From assembly GCF_009914755.1 (NCBI RefSeq), contig NC_060927.1: a stretch of DNA of 64,000 nt; one strand, given 5' to 3'. Every line of letters begins with the position of its first letter. The stretch's first letter is position 1. Shown here one piece after another: positions 1 to 64,000 of this stretch. Made by a program: the position numbers and the translations under genes. The notes under the pieces were generated by a model, which did not search any database, was not told where the DNA came from, and saw nothing but the letters and a program-made list of their open reading frames with translations. Origin of the DNA: the human T2T-CHM13v2.0 reference genome, Homo sapiens.

Positions 1-535
1 CTCCAATTTTTTAAAAGCATTTTTCTGTTATCTTTTAACTTCTAATCAACTTCTAAGAAACTTGATTTCATTCTGATTTTTAAACTTTTGTATTTGACCT
101 GTTTTATTTTCTTCTTTCTGGGAATTGTTAAGGATATTTTCTGTATCACCAGTTTTCTGAACTTCTGTTTTTTGCTTCTGGGACATTTTCTTGTTTTATA
201 TATTTCATAATATTTTCTTAATTTTCTCTTTTTCTTTGTGAAATACTTATTATTCAGATGCCTTGTAGACTAGACTGAGTCTCTAATTTTCTTATTTCTC
301 AAGATATTTTTTTCTACTGTCTGGGAAATTTTCTCAACTTTGTCCTCCTACATTGAGCCGATATTTGTGAAATAATTTCTAGAGGCTTATTTATCATATA
401 TACCTTCAATACATTAGCAGTAATACTATTTGAAATTTTGTAACACTATCCCTCTAAAGGATAAGTATGAAGGACCGTATCTAATCATTTAACTTAGACC
501 TGATTACATGATTCACTTGTATTTAATCAGCATTT

Positions 536-726
536 CATTTATTTGTTATTTGTTTTATTCTATTTTATTTTATTTTTTAGAGATAGAGTCTCATTCTGTC
601 ACCCAGGCTGCAGTGAAATGGTGCTACCATAGCTCACTGCAGCTTTGAACTCCTGGGCTCAAGCAGTCTCCCTGCCTTGACCTCCCAAAGCACCATGATT
701 ACAGGCATGAGCCACCACTTCTGGCC
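536..726 (-). mobile_element. Monomeric Alu (FAM/FRAM-like)
   Basis: Alu monomer reverse complement with T-rich tail; TSD atttaatcag(c/t)attt at 521-535 and 727-741. Confidence 0.85.
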
Positions 727-1274
727 ATTTAATCAGTATTTTAAAATGAGAAATTATATTCTGATTTGTAACTAAAGACATTGAAAACATATTTCTCTAC
801 TGTACTTTTGCCCATTATAGCAGTGAATGGCATATTGCACTACCACAGTGGTTCCACTGCCAATGCAGTGACCTACAGGTTGCTTCCAGCCAAGATTCTC
901 TTGGACACCAGTGATTTATTGTCTCTCTGTGTGTATATAGTAGAGCAAATAATTCTTGATAGGAATATGCCAGGTGTTATGCTATGAGTTAGATGATAAA
1001 GAGATGTGTGGCTTCAAACATACACTTCTCTCCATTCTCCATGTTTATATCATTCATTAAGAAATCCCGTACTTCTAATTTAGGACCTTCCTATACATTG
1101 TTTACTTTGAATTAGGGAAATGTTTTATTACTATTAAAAAAATACATATATACAAGTACTTCGAAAAGGGATATGATATGGACATATTACCAAGGTAAAA
1201 CATGGGTAGTCTTAATTGTGGTGTTAATTTATTATTAGTAATTCATGAGAATTCTTTCTGTTTTTAAAATCTAG

Positions 1275-59270
<57,996 letters not shown>

Positions 59271-59793
59271 TACAAGGTCGGGGTGTCTATGCAAAGGAAG
59301 CTCAGTTTTCTTTTATTATGAGCTGCTTGTTTGAGTGGTGTAAAACTATGTGCTCTTCAATATAGTGCTAAAGAAGCCAGCTAATTTTATCAAAGCAGCA
59401 GCCAAAGAAGTCAGGACAAATCTTCAGGACTTGTGAAATGAACTGAAAGAGCTTGAAGCAGATGGAATTTTAATAGTTACACTATATATGCTCTTAGTAG
59501 GTTTTTTTCTTGTAGTGGAAACATAACTGTTAGCATATTTCTTAGGATGTTTTTTCTTGTCTTTTTAAATTCTTATTTCACTCATCCTTTACTCTCCCCT
59601 CAAGTATTCTACACTTTAATTTCCTGAAATAAATTTAAGGAAAAGGGAAATAGTAAAGAAGTAGGAATGGGTGCAGCACACCAGCATGGCACATGAATAC
59701 ACATGTAACTAACCTGCACATTGTGCACATGTACCCTAAAACTTAAAGTATAATAATAATAAAAGAAAAAAAAAAGAAAGTAAAAAAAAAAAA

Positions 59794-60130
59794 AGAAGTG
59801 GATATTCACGGAGAGCTATGAGGGGATAAAAGGGTATGATCTAATGGTAAGAAACTGGAAGAAACATAGCAAGTCATTTGTTCAGATTCTTCTCTGTGTC
59901 CCTGTGTCTCCAGAGATAAGGATGTCCTTTTCCTCCAGGTATACAGTGGGTACCTCTAGAATGAGGTTCTTATGACCTGCTTCCAGGGAAGGTCAGAGAA
60001 TCCTTCCTAGGTTTTATGACTTGTTTCTGGGAAGAAGTGCAGGAGGAAAGTGAGTGAGACTTCCCTGCTTCTGCTGTTTTCTCAAACATCAAGATGCCAT
60101 ATTTTGGAGTAGCATGTCTTAAATCTCATC
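59794..60130 (-). mobile_element. ERV1 (MER4/MER34/MER39-group) LTR 5' part, inside the transduced block
   Basis: Reverse strand begins tgatgagatttaagacatgctactccaaaatatggc, typical of this LTR group; truncated at the L1 A-tail. Confidence 0.7.
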
Positions 60131-60179
60131 ACCCGTCTCAGGTGCAGTTTCATGGCCATGAAGAAGACAGAAAGACCAC

Positions 60180-60502
60180 TCATACCTGCATAAGTATTAT
60201 CACAAACTTTCTTATCTTCTGTTTGTTCTCCTGAAAACCCATTTGTCTTTCCTAAACGAACCAATTTGTCCTTCCCATAGATGTCTTTCTCCCCCATTCC
60301 TTTCCCCTACTAAGTTAGGTATATAAGCCCCAAATTCTAACCACACTTTTCAGTTACTCATCACGGAACACTCCCACATGTGCGAACATTGTCCGCATAA
60401 ATAAGCTCTTTTCTCTTACTAATGTCTTTTTTTCAGTTTAATTTGCAGGCTCCTATTGAAATAACAAAAGTTGGTAGAGGAAAAAGTTTTTTCTCCCCTA
60501 CA
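60180..60502 (+). mobile_element. ERV1 (MER34/MER39-like) LTR 3' part, inside the transduced block
   Basis: gtatataagcc TATA box, ataaataa, end ggtagaggaaaaagttttttctcccctaca. Confidence 0.65.
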
Positions 60503-60998
60503 AAGGCCAAGAACATTTTGGCTTTATATTTATATTTATATTATAATGTGAATTGATTATAATTATAATGTGAATTGATAGAAATATATATATTTTTTTT
60601 CTGCCCCTGCTTGGCACATGACAGAACATGGGCATAGACAGACTGGCTATTGGTAATCCAGTCCTGGGAGATGATCAGGAGGCAGTACTCAATCCTACTT
60701 TCTTCTCTACAGCTTCCCATGGGCTAAAGAATTTACATGTCTGCCCACAGCAAATGTACTCAGGCTTCTACACTAACATAAGCCCACGGAAATGAAACAG
60801 AAAGGGACAGTTCATATGTTTCTGAATAGATCCAGTTGAATAGTCTCATTCAATTTGAGACTGTTGAACAACTGTTGTTGTTCTACATACATTTAAAGTC
60901 AGGGCACATGCGTCACTGCTTATTTTTCTTACTTGACATATTCCCTGCATTTCCATGTCTGCCTGTCCTTTAGATAAACAGTAAAAGTTTCCCATGTG

Positions 60999-61125
60999 CC
61001 AGTATTTCTCAAATGGTTTACATCAGAATCACCTGGAGGACTTTTAAGCTAGATTGTTTGGTCCCATCCCAGGGATTCTGAATCAACAGGTTTGCGATGG
61101 GTCCAGATAGTTTACTTTTCCAAGT
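60999..61125. mobile_element. MER5A-like relic inside the transduced block
   Basis: cagtatttctcaaa...catcagaatcacctggaggactttt...ggattctgaatcaacaggt. Confidence 0.65.
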
Positions 61126-62386
61126 TTACTAACAAGTTTGCCAAGTTCCCCCAGTTTATTACCATTAGACCATACCTTTTTGTCCAATCATTTAAAACAA
61201 ATTTTTATATAATAAGTTTTATTTGTATGTAATAAATTTTATTATATAAAAATAAGTTTTAATATATATTATATAAAAAGTTTTAATAAATACCTAATAT
61301 ATTATTTAATATGATAAAACTTATATTAAATGAAATTTTATGCTGTTCTCTTGTCAATCTGTCTTTTGTTATCTTGCTGGTGTGCCTGTCATGTGAGGGA
61401 CTGCAATCTGATATGCCTATTTTCCACAGTCAAAGCAATTACAAGAGAATTGTTACAATTACCCAGTTATGTCAAGAGATTTTTTTTTAATTCACTAAGG
61501 TAGAGATAAGGAGAATGTATTAAAATAGGATATTTTAATTATAAATGCATGACTGGGGAGGGGGTATTGTTTTTGAATAAAATATGAGGTTATTTGCCAT
61601 GACAAAAAAAAAAAGAAGTAGGAAAATCCCATGGAAATTTATGTTCCTTCTAACTTTTAAAACTACCTAAAAAATATAATTGATTTAAATTATATCTCAA
61701 TATTCCCCATTCTTTTATATCCCCTTAAATAGGTACCCATGAAGAGATTATGAACTACTTGAAGGTGGAGACTGTACGGTGGTGTGTTGGAGCTGGCTTG
61801 TAATGTCTTATGAGTGACAATCGTTAGTTTGAGGAATTTTGTGAGACAGTTGTCAAATTGTTGCTAGCTTGAAATCTGCGGCAATTGGAGTATTTACACC
61901 ATAGAAATGCTATAAGTGAAGACCTACCTTTCCCTTAAGAGCTAGTTGTTAAACCTTTACCAGCATACCACTGGACCTTGTCTAAAATTTCTTTGTGTTC
62001 CCAGTGTCTTGCCCAGTAGATACAAGATAAATATTGCCAGAATCAGATATCAGGAAGTAGTAAGAAAAGGAGTTAATATGCAAACTAAATCACTCGCTCA
62101 ATTGAATAATTGAGATCTTCTGTTCATTTGTTCCTTGGACCTTAATCATTTGCATTTTGGAGAAAATTTTTTCTGCTTTAAAAGTCTGTAATTTCAGTTT
62201 TTGTGTCGGGGAGAGGGAAAAACTATTTGTCTGTAGTTGCTTTTTGTGACAAAGTGAATACCCACTGGGCTAAGTTTCATATCTAAAGCTTGTCACTAAG
62301 AATTTTCATTTTTAGGGGTCAAAAACCTATTTTGAAAATAGTGTTGTGTGAATGCTGTAAGTGTTGTACATGTCTCTGGTTTCAGA

Positions 62387-62478
62387 ATTAAAAGAATTCA
62401 GAGTTACCTTGTGAGATAAATGTTCTTTGCTTCATATTCACAGTTTCACCTCCATTTAAATTTATGGGGAAGAATAAA
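62387..62478 (+). terminator. Candidate distal DZIP3 poly(A) signals (ATTAAA 62387-62392; AATAAA 62473-62478)
   Basis: Hexamers preceded by TGTA elements and followed by T/GT-rich sequence; which one is used cannot be determined from sequence. Confidence 0.55.
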
Positions 62479-62739
62479 TGTTTCCTGACTCAGAAACAAT
62501 TTTGCCTCCATATTTCAGTGCAAATATATTTTGAAGTTACTTTTAAATATTTATTTAAAACCTCTGTTTCTGTAACTGTATGTTAAACGTATTCTTCTGT
62601 AATGAGAATAGACTGGAACATGTGAGGGAAAAATATTAAAAAAAAGATGGCAGTCATCTAGACATGTAAAATGCCAAGAATGTCTTAGAATTGCACAATT
62701 TAGAATTTATAGAGCCTTTAATCACCTTGTCTAGCACCT

Positions 62740-63097
62740 TGTATTAGTCCATTTTCATGCTGCTGATAAAGACATACCTGAGATTGGGCAATTTACAAAA
62801 GAAAGAGGTTTAATGGACTTACAGTTCCACATGACTAAGGAGGCCTCACAATCATGGTGGAAGGCAAAGAGGAGCAAGTCACATCTTACATGGATGGCAG
62901 CAGACAAGGAGAGAGAGCTTGTGCAGGGAAACTCCCATTTTTAAAACCATCAGATCTCATGAGGCTTACTATCACGAGAACAGCATGGGAAAGACCTGCC
63001 CCCGTGATTAAATTATTTCCCACCAGGCCCCTCCCACAACATGGAATAATGGGAGATACAAGATATTTGGGTGGAGACACAGAGCCAAACCATATCA
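62740..63097 (-). mobile_element. THE1 (THE1C-like) MaLR solo LTR
   Basis: tgtattagtccattttcatgctgctgataaagacatacc...ccaaaccatatca; 5-bp TSD cacct. Confidence 0.92.
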
Positions 63098-64000
63098 CAC
63101 CTTAAGGTCATGGTCATATAGCTAGTTATCTTGTAAAACCAATGTTTCTTAGTTCATACTTACAACTGCAATTTCACTTTCATTTAGAAAAGAATAAATG
63201 TTTCTTAATTGAACAACTATTTTATCTGTGTATTTCATTATAAGCATATTCTGAAACTACTTGAAATCTTTACTTCAAATGTATCTTTCTGTTTAATTGG
63301 GCTTAAACTTTTTCTACTGTTTTGAGAAACGTTAGGAAAATGGGAAGGAAAATATCCAAGAAGACAGTTATATAGACTTATAAAATGCCACGATTGTTTT
63401 AAAATAACAGAATGCCAAAGCTCATTGGGTCCTTAGTGACATATAATACATTTTCTTATTTTACAGGTATGTTGTACCCAATGCCACATGGCCAGATAGT
63501 GGCTAGGCCAGTCTCAGTACTTGAGGGTCTCTGATGCCTCATCACATGCTTTCTCCACAAACTCATGTTGTAATAGGGTATTGGTGTTGACTTGCCATGC
63601 TTAGCTCCAAGGATGGGGCCAGAGAACTTAATACAATAGTTGGTATATAGGGAGAATGTAGTAGGACAGTGCTCCAGGAAGTTATATTTAATTCTTTAGG
63701 TGCTGAAGGTAATGGGATTATAGTTTTTGATGTATACTTTAACAGTAAAGACAATTGCAGGGGTCATTCTACCACACACAGTGATCACTGTCATGCCTGT
63801 GCCTACTGAGGGATGATCCAGAACACTCCACCCTGCTGAGAAATCCAGTGAGGACCAGAAAGCTCTTAAAGTGGAAATATTTCCATCAAAAACAACCTGA
63901 AAGTATCCGGTAATATCACTGCAGCTGCTGTTAGATGATATGTCTTAGATTTTCCTTCATATTTATTGTCCATGTGTGTAACATTTTATAGCTTCTATGG

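Larger units (their letters stand above)
59668..61611 (+). mobile_element. L1-mediated 3' transduction (short young-L1 3' end + ~1.8-kb cargo + poly(A))
   Basis: L1 tail 59668-~59793; AATAAA 61576-61581; A11 at 61604-61614; 13-bp TSD aaagaagtaggaa at 59655-59667 and 61612-61624. Confidence 0.85.

Noticed and set aside
59790-59802. aaagaagtgga after the short L1 tail as its 3' TSD (simple 125-bp L1 insertion)
   Set aside because: It matches the upstream aaagaagtaggaa only with an indel and belongs to the adjacent LTR. A perfect 13-bp match preceded by AATAAA and an A-tail lies at 61612-61624.

Overview
This is primate, very probably human, AT-rich genomic DNA carrying the 3' ~80% of DZIP3 (hRUL138, an RNA-binding RING-H2 E3 ubiquitin ligase) on the + strand. 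Twenty-four GT-AG coding exons (1275..59270) splice into one uninterrupted 976-codon frame plus stop, running Cys-rich domain, DZIP3-type HEPN domain, Lys-rich motif, coiled coil and C-terminal RING-H2; the 3' UTR extends to about 62.4-62.5 kb. The introns hold a full-length but inactive L1PA4/5-like element with a 14-bp TSD, older L1M/L2/MIR copies, a nested L1PA-in-L1MA, Alus, MaLR LTRs and DNA-transposon relics. The most notable unexplained structure is a ~1.94-kb block downstream of the stop codon (59668..61611) with the hallmarks of an L1-mediated 3' transduction: a ~90-bp L1 3' end with its A-tail, ~1.8 kb of non-L1 cargo, AATAAA, a second A-tail and a 13-bp TSD. The block brings in new poly(A) signals and candidate splice acceptors. 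A 13-unit minisatellite built from alternating inverted half-units lies at 1872..2361. Repeat subfamily names were assigned from recalled consensus sequences, not from a database search.
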